A stretch of DNA of 64,000 nt from the NCBI RefSeq assembly GCF_006345805.1, contig NC_042998.1:198400001-198464000 (forward strand), written 5' to 3'. The first letter of the stretch is position 1; each line of letters opens with the position of its first letter. The position numbers and the translations under genes were made by a program. This stretch comes from Octopus sinensis (Eukaryota). The notes below the pieces were generated by a model, which did no database searches, had not been told where the DNA came from, and saw nothing but the letters and a program-made list of their open reading frames with translations. Positions 26,101 through 36,466 of this stretch are shown here, piece by piece.

Positions 26101-28356
26101 ATGGAAAAATAATTTGGAACATAGAAAACATTTAAGTATCTTGAGAAGTGCAGAAACCAATTATTCAATTGGATTTTCATTAGCACTTCCTGTCTTCAGA
26201 CGGCACACGCAACCCAGATACACACATTTCAGGCACTTACACATTTGATCAGGTTTTTTGTTTGTTTTTAAGGACAATCCATTTCATTGACAAACCTACA
26301 AGGCTTCACTCAAAATACTTTCAAGTAGTTTCTATATCTTTACTACCAGTACTACAACACTTTGCAAACAAGCTGATTGAATACCAGCTTCTACTTAAAA
26401 CTACTCCACGTTTTCATCTAAATAAAAACAACTATAAAACAATCTATACTGAACACCAACTATTGCCTTTACATAGTTACTAGCAGTATTGCCCGGCGTT
26501 GCTCAGGTTTGTTTCGACCCTTTAGAATTGGAATTTTTGAAAAGTAAAAAGTTTGCATTAAGTAGCTTGTTATTCTTTTTAAGTGAACATTTCCCTGGTT
26601 GAAATACACTGAAAAATGGCAACACAGCAGTAAAAAAATCGTAAAAAATAGGGATTTTCATAGAAAAAAAGCACCTTTTTGATGCAAATACATTTTAGTC
26701 TTAACATGGTCCGATTTGAATTTTTTCTTCTATGGAAGGAAGAGCAAGCCTTCTTCTATCATACTCTCAATTTTGGTCAACTTGTGCCGCAGGGTCTCGG
26801 AGGAGATAGTGTTAGTCGAAGGCTACCAAACCTGCCACACACACACGGACAACTTCAGTTTTATATATAGAGAGATTACTATCAGCCAATCAAGAAAAGA
26901 TGAAATGGTTAGAGCATGTGTCTCAAGATGGGGTGTCGCAATATCTTAGTGTAACATGAGTTACTTTAAAATCAGTAAATCAGTCGTAAGTAGGTTAACA
27001 AATCAATAAAAGTTGCAATAAAGTTTTAAATCTACTTTTGAATAGAAATGCTTTATATTAAGCTTTGTATACTCATGGTGCTGGAGTGCACGTTTTGTTG
27101 GTTTGGTTTAAAATTGAAGAAGGGAGTGGGACAAAAAATGTTGAGAAACAATGGGGTCATGTTTCTCAGACTGACAGGTAAAGATGAAAATCAAGAATAT
27201 AATTCTGGGAAAAGACATGAATTGATAAATGTGTATGTGGTTGTGAATACAGAAGTTTGTTTCATCATCATCATCATCATCATCATTGTTTAACATCTGC
27301 TTTCCATGCTAGCATGGGTTGGACGATTTGACAGGGGTCTGATGAACCAGATGGCTGCACCAGGCTACGATCTGATCTAGCAGAGTTTCTACAGCTGGAT
27401 GCCCTTCCTAACGCCAACCACTTCGAGAGTGTAGTGGGTGCTTTTACGTGCCACCGGCTCAAGGGCAAGTCAGGCGGTACTGGCAACGGCCAGTCCAGCA
27501 GCACTGGCAACGACCTTGCTCAAATGTTTTTTCCACATGCCTCCAGCACAAGTGCCAGTAAGGCGACGCAGGTAACGATCATGCTCGAATGGTGCTTTTT
27601 ACATGCCACCGGCATGGAAGCCAGTTTGTTGCTCTGGCAATGATCACGCTCGGATGGTGCTCCTAGCGCTCCACTAGCATGAATGCGAGTCACCGAATTT
27701 GATTTCGATTTCACTTGCCTCAACAGGTCTTCGCAAGCAGAGTTTAGTGTCCAATGAAGGAAAGGTACGCATTATATAAGTGGGCTGATTACACCCAAGG
27801 CATATGCCACGATGTTATGGTCTAACTTGGCTTGCCGAGACTTCTCAAGCACAGCATATTTCCAAAGGTCACAATTACTAGTCATTGCCTCGGTGAAGCC
27901 CAATGTTCGAAGGTCATGCTTCACCACCTCATCCCAGGTCTTCCTGGGTCTACCTCTTCCAGAGGTTCCCTCAACCACTAGAGTGTGGCACATTTTCACA
28001 TTCAAGATAGTCATATGGTTGATGAAACAAATGACTTATCTACAGCCAGAATAACAATATAGAAGAACACCCCCACATTATAGAAGAGTTCCTTTCTATG
28101 AAGCTCACTTTCCCACTAACCTTTATGTAATAATTGAAATATGCTTCTAGAAAACTTTTTCTGGGGTAAAAAAAAAAAAAAAAAAGAAAAGTAGAATAAC
28201 CAGTTTTATAATCATAACAGGAGTCCCCATAGCAAAAGGAGTCTTTTAAAATGAATGTAACAATTATTGAAGCTTTGTCTAGATATATCTTTCTGAGTGG
28301 TATAATTCTCAAATATGTAAAAAAATTGGTAAAAGGTATGTTTGGGGATTATCATA

Positions 28357-28443
<87 letters not shown>

Positions 28444-31400
28444 TCTTGTGATTTTGTCGGTTTGGTGAATGTTGGAGGAAAGCCGAAAAAAAATCACATG
28501 CTTTTTCAAACAAATATTAGAACTGAAAATGAAAGATATGTCAATAGGTAGACAGCCAATGTTTCCCAACTAATATTTCTTTCACTTCATTTTTGGATTT
28601 GGTTTGCAAGATTCTTTGTATGAGTTCGTGTGCTGAAGCATATTCTGTTGTGTCTGGGGAGAGTCATTTTCTTTTTGTGCCTTATAATGAGAGTCAAGAC
28701 TATTGAAAAGGTTGCAAGACGCAACGAAAATTTTAGGAAAATAAAAATAAGAAATAAGAGGAAATTTTACCGGTGAGTGTGTTACATTATAAGGCACAAA
28801 AAGAAAATGACTCTTCCCAGACACAACAGAATTACTTTTACTATTTCACCTGAAATCTCACTAAATTTTAAATAATTGTTTCTTGGGATATGAAGCTTCT
28901 CTAGAAGACATCAAACTATTTAGTGCAGGAGTGATAAGAGAAAGAAAAGCAGTTCACTAGCTGAGAGCAGATACTGTTGCTACAGAAATACAAGAGAGAG
29001 TGGAGGGGAAACAGTACATCAATGTGCTACTGGGGGTGGTCAGTGGTCTGTTTAGGAGTGAAGCCTTGATAATTAGTTTGAGGGCCTTTTTTATTTTCTG
29101 GATGCTGCCTTTAGCATGTAACAGTAACACCAACTTTGATATATGAACAAAACTGTAGTACGGAACACAATTATTCAGAAACGATGAGATGAAAATGATG
29201 AGAGATGAAATAAACGATAATGCTTAATTTGGGATGAAGTTTACATCTTAATAAAAAAAACATCAAAATATGGCTCCTATATAACACGAGATGGTCTGAT
29301 GGAGAAGACATGTCTAGGGAAATAAACCATTAAATATAGTTACTAACATAAGATATTTTAAGCAGTATTCAAGACCCATCCACCCCAGCAGAAGTATTAA
29401 AGCGGCATCCCCTGGTCAAGAGTATTGGCCTGCAAAAGTTCTGTGCCAGAGCCACATAAAAGTGCTCTTGCCAGTGCACCCAGCTCACACTGTAAAATGG
29501 TTGGCATTAGGAAGGGCATTCAGCCATGGAAACCAAGCTAAATCAAACTGGAACTTGGTGCAGCTCACTGGATAGCCAGCTCTGGTCAAACTGTCCAACC
29601 CATGCCAGCATGGAAAATGAAAGTTAAAAGATGAATGATGAGTGGTAGTGACGGTCAGGGACAGCTAGGAACAACATAAAATTGTCTGATACTGCACCTT
29701 TGCAGAAATACATTCTACACTCTAGAGTACCATTACATCTTCAACAAAGAACAGTCAGGTGATCATCATTATCATCATCGTTTAACGTCCGCTTTCCATG
29801 CTGGCATGGGTTGGATGGTTTGACTGGGGACTGGCAAACCAGAAGGCTGTACCAGACTCCAATCTGATCTGGCAAGGTTTCTACAGTTAGATGCCCTTCC
29901 TAATGCCAACCACTCCGAGAGTGTAGTGAGTGCTTTTTACATGCTAGTCTCAAAGAAAACATGCATTTTGAGATGCCATTTGCCCCTGCAAACTACTGAG
30001 CCATAAAAATATCAGCAGTGGGCTATTTTGATGTAGCATAAAGTGCCTCGTTAAAAGACACCCTTAATCCAGCATTCATTTAACCCTTTAATGTTCAGAT
30101 TACTCAGTCAAATGTAATGCTTATTTATTCATATTATTTTGAACTAGCAGTATAGCCCGGCGTTGCTCAGGTTTGTTTTTTAGTTGTGCTTAAAACGGCA
30201 GACTTTGATGTCGCGTTAACAAAGTTTTGACATAGTTTCAATCTATGACTAAAAGTATAATGTGGTGATGCTGGAGTTTGCTCTGAATGTGCTGCAAATG
30301 TGTAATGCCGATTTCAGTTGTTGGTATTGTTGGTTAATATTCCTTCTATTAACAATATGGAGAAAACAATTACCCGTAGATTCAAAACAGAATGAGGTTC
30401 AAGTTTCAAACTGCACTGAAAATCTATTAAGAAGTTAACACTGCAGCAGTATTCATTAAGAAAAAGTACACAGCAGTCAAAAAATCGTAAAAAAAAAAAG
30501 GGATTTTCATAGAAAAAAAGCACCTTTTAGGTGTAAATAATTTTTGGTGTTAACATGGTCCGATTTGAATTTTTTCTTCTACGGAATGAAGAGCAAGCCT
30601 TCTTCTATCATACTCTCAATTTTGGTCAACTTGCGACGCAGGGTCTCAGAGGAGATAGTGTTAGTTGAAGGCTGCCAAACCTGCCACACACACAGACAAC
30701 TTCAGCTTTATAGATATAGATTAATCATGCATTGTCTCATAGCTTTGAGATCTTGATGTGATTGTTTATTTTTAGAACAACAATATCGGGTAGGTATGAG
30801 AGGCTGGATTAGGCCCGTTTCAACATAAAACCAATAGAATATTTGGGCTGTATTTGATGGGCTTCAATGCTAAAGGGTTCGTATCACCACTGTGGAGGCA
30901 TATGGCTTAGTGGTTAAGGTGTTGGGCATTTGATTGTGAGATTGTGGTTTCGATTCCTGGATCAAGTGATGCATTGTGTCCTTGAGCAAAACACTCCATT
31001 TCACATTGCTCCAGTCCAGCTGGCAAAAATGAGTAATCCTGCAATAGACCAGCATCCTGTCCAGATGGGGTATGATGATGATGAACATCATCATCATCAT
31101 CATTTAACGTCCGTTTTCCATGCAAGCATGAGTTGGACGGTTCGACTGTGGTCTGGTAAGCCAGAAGGCTGCACCAGGCTCAAGTCTGGTTTGGCAGTGT
31201 TTCTACAGCTGGATATGCCATGGAAACCAACACAATGAGTTTACATGGCTTAGGATGGAACTTTACTACTGATACCACTACTTGGCTCTTGGATGCCATT
31301 AGCAGAGTTCACTCGGACATAAGCATTCCAGCCAAGAATGCTGGTCTTGAGCTTAAGGATATAAAGACATTTTTCCTTTTTCCCATGAACTCAGAGACTG

Positions 31401-32188
31401 TCCCCTGACTAAAAAGTAAAATGGTCATAGGCACAACCCTTTCTCCTTTGACAATAAGTATATAAAAAAAACTAGACAGTAACACTATTGATGTATCAAA
31501 GTATAAGTTAGTTGTCAACATCATCGTTTAACATCCGTTTTCCATTCTAGCATGGGTTTGATGGTTCGACCGGGGTCTGGGAAGCCAGGAGGCTGCATCA
31601 GGCTCCAGTCTGATCTGGCAGTGTTTCTACGGCTGGATGCCCTTCCTAACACCAACCACTCCGTGAATGTAGTGGGTGCTTTTTACGTTCCACCAGCACA
31701 GGTACGACGGGAGGCTGGCAGCGGCCACAATCAGTTGGTGCTTTTTACGTGCCACCAGCACAGAAGAGGTCGAGGTGGCACTGGCATTGGCCACGTTCGG
31801 ATGGTGCTTTTTACGTGCCACTGGCACAGGTATCACAGCTGCAATTTTCATTTGATATTACAGATAATAGCTTAGAGCCTTAACTTCAAAAGTGCTTTTT
31901 GTCTGTTAGTAAATGAATCAAATTTCAGTGTGTGTGTGTTTGAACGTACACACATATGCACACACACATACATATACAAGTATGTAACAATCATAGAGAA
32001 ATAATCACCATCTGAACACTGGTCTCTACATAAGAAATGTGGTTAACAAAGCAAATAAACATACCTCGTTGTTGTCTTCCATCTGTGGGAAAGCTTTTGA
32101 ATCAAACAAAAGCTGACGGCCACGCAGGTCACTGTCCAGGTACACAACCAACCGGACTTGCTTCTTGTCAAATTCAGGTGAAATCCAT
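1113..32188 (-). CDS. FNIP: Folliculin-interacting protein (FNIP1/FNIP2 ortholog), N-terminal portion; multi-exon, 5' and 3' incomplete in window
   Basis: Exons have canonical AG/GT sites and compatible phases (2-0, 0-2, 2-2, 2-1). Peptides [64 protein letters not shown] and [11 protein letters not shown] match recalled FNIP motifs ([60 protein letters not shown]). Confidence 0.93.
3828..3893 (-). CDS. FNIP: FNIP exon equivalent to vertebrate exon 5 (66 nt, phase 2 to 2)
   Basis: tttttctttccag|A TCT CCA CAT CAA CTC ATG TTG ACC AAA GTC TTC ... GGC AG|gtatgt; encodes [21 protein letters not shown](S). Confidence 0.93.
4346..4733 (-). mobile_element. tRNA-derived SINE (family D)
   Basis: Minus-strand head ggaggcgcaatggcccagtggttagggcagcggactcgc...ggttttgattcc has A/B-box-like motifs but no tRNA acceptor stem, followed by a long non-tRNA body. 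Confidence 0.75.
4780..4880 (-). CDS. FNIP: FNIP exon equivalent to vertebrate exon 4 (101 nt, phase 0 to 2)
   Basis: cttctctcttaacag|TAT CCA CGA ... ATC CTT AG|gtacgt; encodes [33 protein letters not shown](R). Confidence 0.97.
5246..5466. mobile_element. piggyBac-type MITE
   Basis: TTAA|CCCTTTCGTTAC ... GTAACGAAAGGG|TTAA. Confidence 0.88.
6657..7092 (+). mobile_element. tRNA-derived CORE-like SINE (family B) with internal (TA)n(TG)n
   Basis: Head ggagtggctgtgtggtaag...ggttcagtcc, CORE-like ccttgggcaagtgtcttct, tail (aaaagagt)n. Confidence 0.85.
7326..7721 (+). mobile_element. Non-autonomous Helitron (subfamily 1)
   Basis: A|TCTTTATATATAAAAG ... CCCGAGCAACGCCGGG CGATACTG CTAG|T: 5' TC, subterminal hairpin, 3' CTAG, A^T target. 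Confidence 0.82.
8348..8548. mobile_element. hAT-type MITE
   Basis: TIRs CAGTGGTTTTCAAC / TTTGAAAAGCACTG; perfect 8-bp TSD ttctatag (8340-8347, 8549-8556). Confidence 0.88.
10024..10325 (-). mobile_element. Shorter copy of the same CR1/L2-like LINE 3' end with (GAATT)n tail
   Basis: [48 protein letters not shown]; tail ttcaattcaattcaatt on plus. Confidence 0.85.
10714..11120 (+). mobile_element. tRNA-derived SINE family C, dimeric form
   Basis: Head ggcggcgagc(t/a)ggcagaaacgttagc, B-box-like gagttcaaattcc. The second unit restarts at gtatttcgtctgcc. TSD ttgcaacgta (10704-10713, 11121-11130). Confidence 0.85.
11997..12509. mobile_element. piggyBac-type MITE (second family) carrying a nested LINE fragment
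   Basis: TTAA|CCCTTTAATATTCAGA ... TTTGAATGCTAAAGAG|TTAA. Confidence 0.8.
12185..12456 (-). mobile_element. Short 3' copy of second CR1/L2-like family nested in a piggyBac-like MITE
   Basis: Flanked by 21-bp direct repeat aaaaaggaggtaaaatattta (12164-12184, 12457-12477). Confidence 0.85.
13761..14170 (+). mobile_element. SINE family C, dimeric form
   Basis: Two tandem units as above. Confidence 0.85.
15907..16285 (-). mobile_element. SINE family C, dimeric form
   Basis: Two tandem units; TSD acaccactac (15897-15906, 16290-16299). Confidence 0.85.
16847..16912 (-). pseudogene. Degenerate tandem copy of the probable exon 3 (66 nt, in-frame TAA, splice sites intact)
   Basis: attatctttttccag|GAAATTCTGTTAAGTGCACCAAAATAA...CACACGGACTA|gtaagt; has +1 and +2 insertions relative to 17357-17419 and stops in all three frames. 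Confidence 0.6.
17357..17419 (-). CDS. FNIP: Probable FNIP exon 3 (63 nt, phase 0 to 0)
   Basis: ctatctttttctag|GAG TTT CTG ... GGA CTA|gtaagt; open only in frame 0, encodes [21 protein letters not shown]. There is weak resemblance to vertebrate exon-3 (F/S)(G/A)KCCQ. It retains CpGs that are decayed in its duplicate. Confidence 0.55.
17784..18101 (-). mobile_element. Shorter copy of the same CR1/L2-like LINE 3' end
   Basis: Near-identical to 41051-41360, with a gttagttagttag tail. Confidence 0.85.
20140..20372 (-). mobile_element. Short 3' copy of second CR1/L2-like family
   Basis: Reverse complement of about 51640-51845, with a (TAA)n tail on plus. Confidence 0.85.
20497..20717. mobile_element. 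piggyBac-type MITE (same family as 5246-5466)
   Basis: TTAA|CCCTTTCATTAC ... GTAACAAAAGGG|TTAA; body near-identical. Confidence 0.88.
21970..22372 (+). mobile_element. SINE family B
   Basis: Full-length copy with the same architecture as 6657-7092. Confidence 0.85.
26480..26875 (-). mobile_element. Non-autonomous Helitron (subfamily 2)
   Basis: Same terminal structure, different body shared with 30144-30720. Confidence 0.8.
27264..28015 (-). mobile_element. 5'-truncated RTE-clade LINE: ORF C-terminus plus 3' UTR (VNTR, family A tail)
   Basis: ORF 27772-28014(-) [42 protein letters not shown] is a typical RTE C-terminal GRPRKTW..V..D motif. It is contiguous with the family A VNTR and (GAT)n tail. 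Confidence 0.8.
28575..28832. repeat. Rearranged copy of a dispersed repeat forming a 48-bp inverted repeat
   Basis: Arms 28642-28689 and 28785-28832 with 1 mismatch; a colinear, unrearranged relative lies at about 32948-33150. Confidence 0.85.
30084..30877. mobile_element. piggyBac-type MITE (second family) carrying a nested Helitron
   Basis: TTAA|CCCTTTAATGTTCAGA ... TCAATGCTAAAGGG; the body matches 11997-12509 on both sides of the Helitron. Confidence 0.75.
30144..30720 (-). mobile_element. Non-autonomous Helitron (subfamily 2)
   Basis: Same termini; carries an additional ~200-bp internal segment relative to 26480-26875. Confidence 0.8.
30893..31075 (+). mobile_element. Decayed tRNA-headed SINE (V-domain-like)
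   Basis: tggcttagtggttaagg...ggtttcgattcctgg head and gaccagcatcctgtccag-gggg motif; a similar relic lies at about 9660-9830. Confidence 0.5.
32065..32188 (-). CDS. FNIP: FNIP exon equivalent to vertebrate exon 2 (124 nt, phase 2 to 0)
   Basis: tttctcttaaaatctag|A TGG ATT TCA CCT GAA TTT ... AAC AAC GAG|gtatgt; encodes [41 protein letters not shown]. Confidence 0.95.
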
Positions 32189-32344
32189 CTAGATTTTAAG
32201 AGAAAAAAATATATATAAATAAAAGCAAAAGGATAAATATTTCCATCACTGTAGCAATTTCATATTCTTATATGCTAGTCTACCGAGAGAAAGGCCAGGT
32301 TCCAGGGTGCCAGTCTGGATTTACCTCAAGGCTAAACATTGTAA

Positions 32345-32736
32345 CGATCTTTTCGGCTTGACCGGCAGTTTTTTTAAATAATTTCCACGGAACTAAACAC
32401 ATTTAAACTTCGTATACTGGTAGAATGTGTTTATAAAACATCTTTTTCTCTTGGCTTTATTGAGAAAATTCTATAGTTTGTAAGATATTTGTTGTGTTTT
32501 TTTTCTTCAATTTCAACCAATCAATGACGTCTATTGAGGTGTAAACATTCTGTGCCGTATGAATATGTCCCTCGTTTAAGAAACAGATTGGGTTTATTTA
32601 CATTTCTGAAGAAAAAAAAGATACCCTAACCCTAAAACAGATTGAAATGCAATAGATCGATACTAGGGTCATAATTATGGGTGACAATTTCCTATGACAC
32701 CGCTAGAAAAAACTGCCGTTCAAACCGAAAAGATCC
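32345..32736. mobile_element. MITE with ~29-bp TIRs and 8-bp TSD (Merlin/hAT/P-type, superfamily unresolved)
   Basis: GATCTTTTCGGCTTGACCGGCAGTTTTTT / AAAAAACTGCCGTTCAAACCGAAAAGATC; TSD cattgtaa (32337-32344, 32737-32744). Confidence 0.8.
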
Positions 32737-34029
32737 CATTGTAAAGTGAGATTAAGTCGATCCCTTACAAGTGTTTCATGTTCTTATTTCAACCCTAATC
32801 AACCCAGTTGAAGCAGGTCTCTGATATTCCCATTCATTATCAAAGTTTAGTGCATTAAAAACTACATTATCTAATATGTCATTCTACTTTAAACATGGTA
32901 GATGGTGATACCAAGTGTTCAGATGACTGCTATTTCTAACAGGTCAACTATTGCAAAGGTTGCAAGATGCAACGAAAACTTTAGAACTATAAAAATAAGA
33001 AAAAAGTGGAAATTTTACTGGTGAGTGTGTTAAATAATAAAGCACAAAAAGAAAATGACTCTCCTCAGACAACAGAATATGCTTCAACACGCAAACTCAT
33101 ATAAAGAATCTTGCAAGCCAAATCCAAAAAGGAAATATAACAATGAGATTGCCTCATTGCTTCATATATCGTTGATGGTGTAAAAAAAATCTAGTCATCA
33201 TGAAGAAGGTATAGTTTGCAAAGGGCAAATAGAGGATCTGATTTTCAAAGGTCAGATTCTGAAGTTATCTAGCTTGAATAAATAGCAACGTTTTTGTCTC
33301 ATAAAGACGTAGGAAGGTTAAAAGGAGTGGCTTATAGGACAGATCCCTACAGCAGCTCCAGAAATAACAGACATTTAGATATATTGCAAACATAGGCTTG
33401 GGGACCTGAAAGAGATATGGTTTACCAACCATTAGGTGGTTTATTTGCTATTTGTTAAAGTTTTCGGTATCTTAAATCCACTTAGTGATAAAATAATGAA
33501 GGACAACAGGATGTAATAGAGCTTTCTGTTAAGTACAGCCGGGGTATGTTTGTGTGAACTTGCACACACACGCATACACAGAAGCACACACCAATCATTT
33601 CTCCTTTGATGACATCCACCAGTTTTACTTCCCAACACCCACATTAATTGCTACCCGTAACTCATTCTTCCTTGCCATCGCCCATTTTCTGGCTTTCTTA
33701 CTACTCTCCAACTCTTTTAACTCCTTCCTCTCACCATATTGACATATACCACAGGCCCTCAATTTCATTACTCTTCCTTTCAGCACAATATCTTCTCCAA
33801 TCTTAACAGGTGTGTTAAATAATTCTGAGCGCTAGTGGTAACATGTAATCCATCCAGTACAACCTTATAACAAGATCAGATCATCCGCGAATAAGCCAGA
33901 ACACCAATCAGACTAGTCTAGTGAGTAGAGTTACTAGAAACCCAACAGGATAACAAGATCTGTCCAAAGGACAGGTGAGACTAGCATAAAGTTAATGACC
34001 AGCAAGCAATAGTGTGCAGGGATCCAACC

Positions 34030-34390
34030 GGATGGAACCTACACTCGCCTCCTTATGAGAGCTCAAAATCTCTCGTGGAAGCACCATCCAACCAAAATGC
34101 AAATATATGGGAAACTACCACCTGTGTCATCTCTTGTGAAAGGTAGAAGAGTCCAGTTTACTGGACATTGTTGTAGAGCTGAAAACGAGGTAATTTCTAC
34201 TCTTCTCCTCTGGAAGCCATCTGCTCGCGATACCAGAGGGCGCACACTCTCCTACCCTGATGTAATCTCCAGGGATACAGGCATCCAGCAACAGGACCTC
34301 CGTAATGCCATGATGGACCGTGAAGTCTGGTGTAGCATGGTAAATTCCATTGCCTCGACCACGGTCGAACAATGATGAATGAATGATGAT
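34030..34390 (+). mobile_element. RTE-type LINE 3' fragment (second family)
   Basis: ORF LSWKHHPTKMQIYGKLPPVSSLVKGRRVQFTGHCCR...SYPDVISRDTG...AMMDREVW, then a tgatgaatgaatgatgat tail. A short copy of the same 3' end lies at about 15277-15395 on the minus strand. Confidence 0.8.
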
Positions 34391-35610
34391 GTGCAGGGGG
34401 ATATAGAAATACTTGAAATAGTGAACAAGTCTATCATAAAATAACTTTAGGAGCGATGGACCCCTAGTTGTTTTTAGAATGTTTGTCTAAGTGAAGGATG
34501 CCCTGATGTAAAGCATGAAGATCATTCACATACTGGTCATCCCAACCAATGTTGGGCCCCTGGGAGGGAAGTTGTTCAGTCTAAAAAGTATAAGTTGTTC
34601 TTCATCATCATCATCATTTAACGTACGCTTTCCATGCTAGCATGGGTTGGACGGTTCAACTGGGGTCTGGGAAGCAGCCCGAAGGCTGCTACAGGCCAGT
34701 CTGATCTGGCAGTGTTTCTACAGCTGGATGCCCTTCCTAACGCCAACCACTCTGTGAGTGTAGTGGGTGCTTTTTATGTGCCACCGACACAGGTGCCAGA
34801 CGAGGCTGGCAAACGGCCACGCTCGGATGGTGTTTTTTACGTGCCACCGGCACAGAGGCCAGAGCATGCTTTTTTTACATTTCAATAAATTTCATTTACA
34901 AGAATTTCTGAGAACCACAAACAAATAACGGACCTCTTAAAAGTGGTTGTTATTGTTGTTGAAGTCAATGTCACACAAACAAACACATCTGTGACAACGA
35001 AATGCTTCCGCTTCCATAGTTTCCTCACTCGTGTGAACACATGTTGGGTGCAGCATAGTTAGTAACATTTGCATTTCTCTACTTGTCCATGCAGCTGTAT
35101 CCAGCATTCCACCTCTTCCTTTTCCTCAAGAAGTGAATATATTTGACAGGGGTTCAATTCCACTTTGCAAGTATGTTTCATTCGGCACATGCCAATTTTT
35201 GGTTTCTCAGTTCCCTGTCCTCTATGCTAAAATACGTAGCCAGCGCCGCCCGACTGGCCTCCGTGCCGGTGGCACGTAAAAAGCACCATCCGATCGTGGC
35301 CGTCTGACAGCCCCGTCTGGCACGTAAAAAGCACTCACTACACTCACGGAGTGGTTGGCGTTAGGAAGGGCATCCAGCTGTAGAAACATTGCCAGATCAA
35401 GATTGGAGCCTGGTGCAGCCTCCTGGCTTCCCAGACCCCGGTCGAACCGTCCAACCCATGCCAGCATGGAAGGCAGACGTTAAATGATGAGTACTTTCAT
35501 GAGACAAACAACATTTTGCAAGAGTAAAAATAGACCACCTCTGTTAGTAATGAAGGGCCTCTCCCTCAGAATGGAAGGCAGGCTACAGGGCAGTCACACA
35601 CACACATTAA

Positions 35611-36025
35611 GGTGGCGAGCTGGCAGAATCGTTAGCACGCCAGGCGAAATGCGTAGCCGTATTTCGTCTGCCGCTACGTTCTGAGTTCAAATTCTGCTGA
35701 GGTCGACTTTGCCTTTCATCCTTTCGGGGTCGCTAAATTAAGTACCAGTTACGCACTGGGGTCGACGTAATCGACTTAATCCGTTTGTCTGTCCTTGTTT
35801 GTCCCCTTCATGTTTAGCCCCTTGTGGGCAATAAAGAAATAGGTTTTTCATCTGCCGCTACGTTCTGAGTTCAAATTCCACCAAGGTCGACTTTGCCTTT
35901 CATCCTTTCGGGGTCAATTAAATAAGTACCAGTTACGCACTGGGGTCGATGTAATCGACTTAATCCGTTTGTCTGTCCTTGTTTGTCCTGTCTGTGTTTA
36001 GCCCCTTGTGGGTAGTATAGAAATA
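35611..36025 (+). mobile_element. SINE family C, dimeric form
   Basis: Two tandem units. Monomeric or partial copies occur at 8571-8789, 18520-18686 and 53030-53172. Confidence 0.85.
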
Positions 36026-36039
36026 TAGGCTACATGGCA

Positions 36040-36190
36040 GTGAGACATGGGCTGTGACTACTGAGGATATGCAAAAGCTTGAAAGACATGAAGCCAGTAT
36101 GCTCTGCTGGATGGGTCATAATGTCAGTGTACATATGCAACAGAGTGGAAGTGATTTGAGAGAAAAACTGGGTATTCGAGGCATCAGACA
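36040..36190 (+). mobile_element. Decayed RTE LINE fragment
   Basis: KLERHEASMLCWM..NVSV....LREKLGIRGI resembles the RTE post-RT region (E..MLRWM.GV...IR..LG). Confidence 0.5.
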
Positions 36191-36466
36191 ATCGAAGCGA
36201 AGCAGCATGACAAAATATAAGGAAAAATATTCAAAAACAGATAAAAAAATAAATTTAAATTCATCCAGTCATCCACTTAATTTTGTTTTCCACATGTTGG
36301 ACTTATCACACATTTCAAAAATGGTCACACATATAAACAAACAAAACATTGTTTCATCACCACTTGGAGTAAACTAAACAGTCACTTTCTTTTGTGTATT
36401 TTACACATATAATACTGAAGCCATGAAAATAACAAGTTTCCACGTGAATAAATGAATTATATTACA

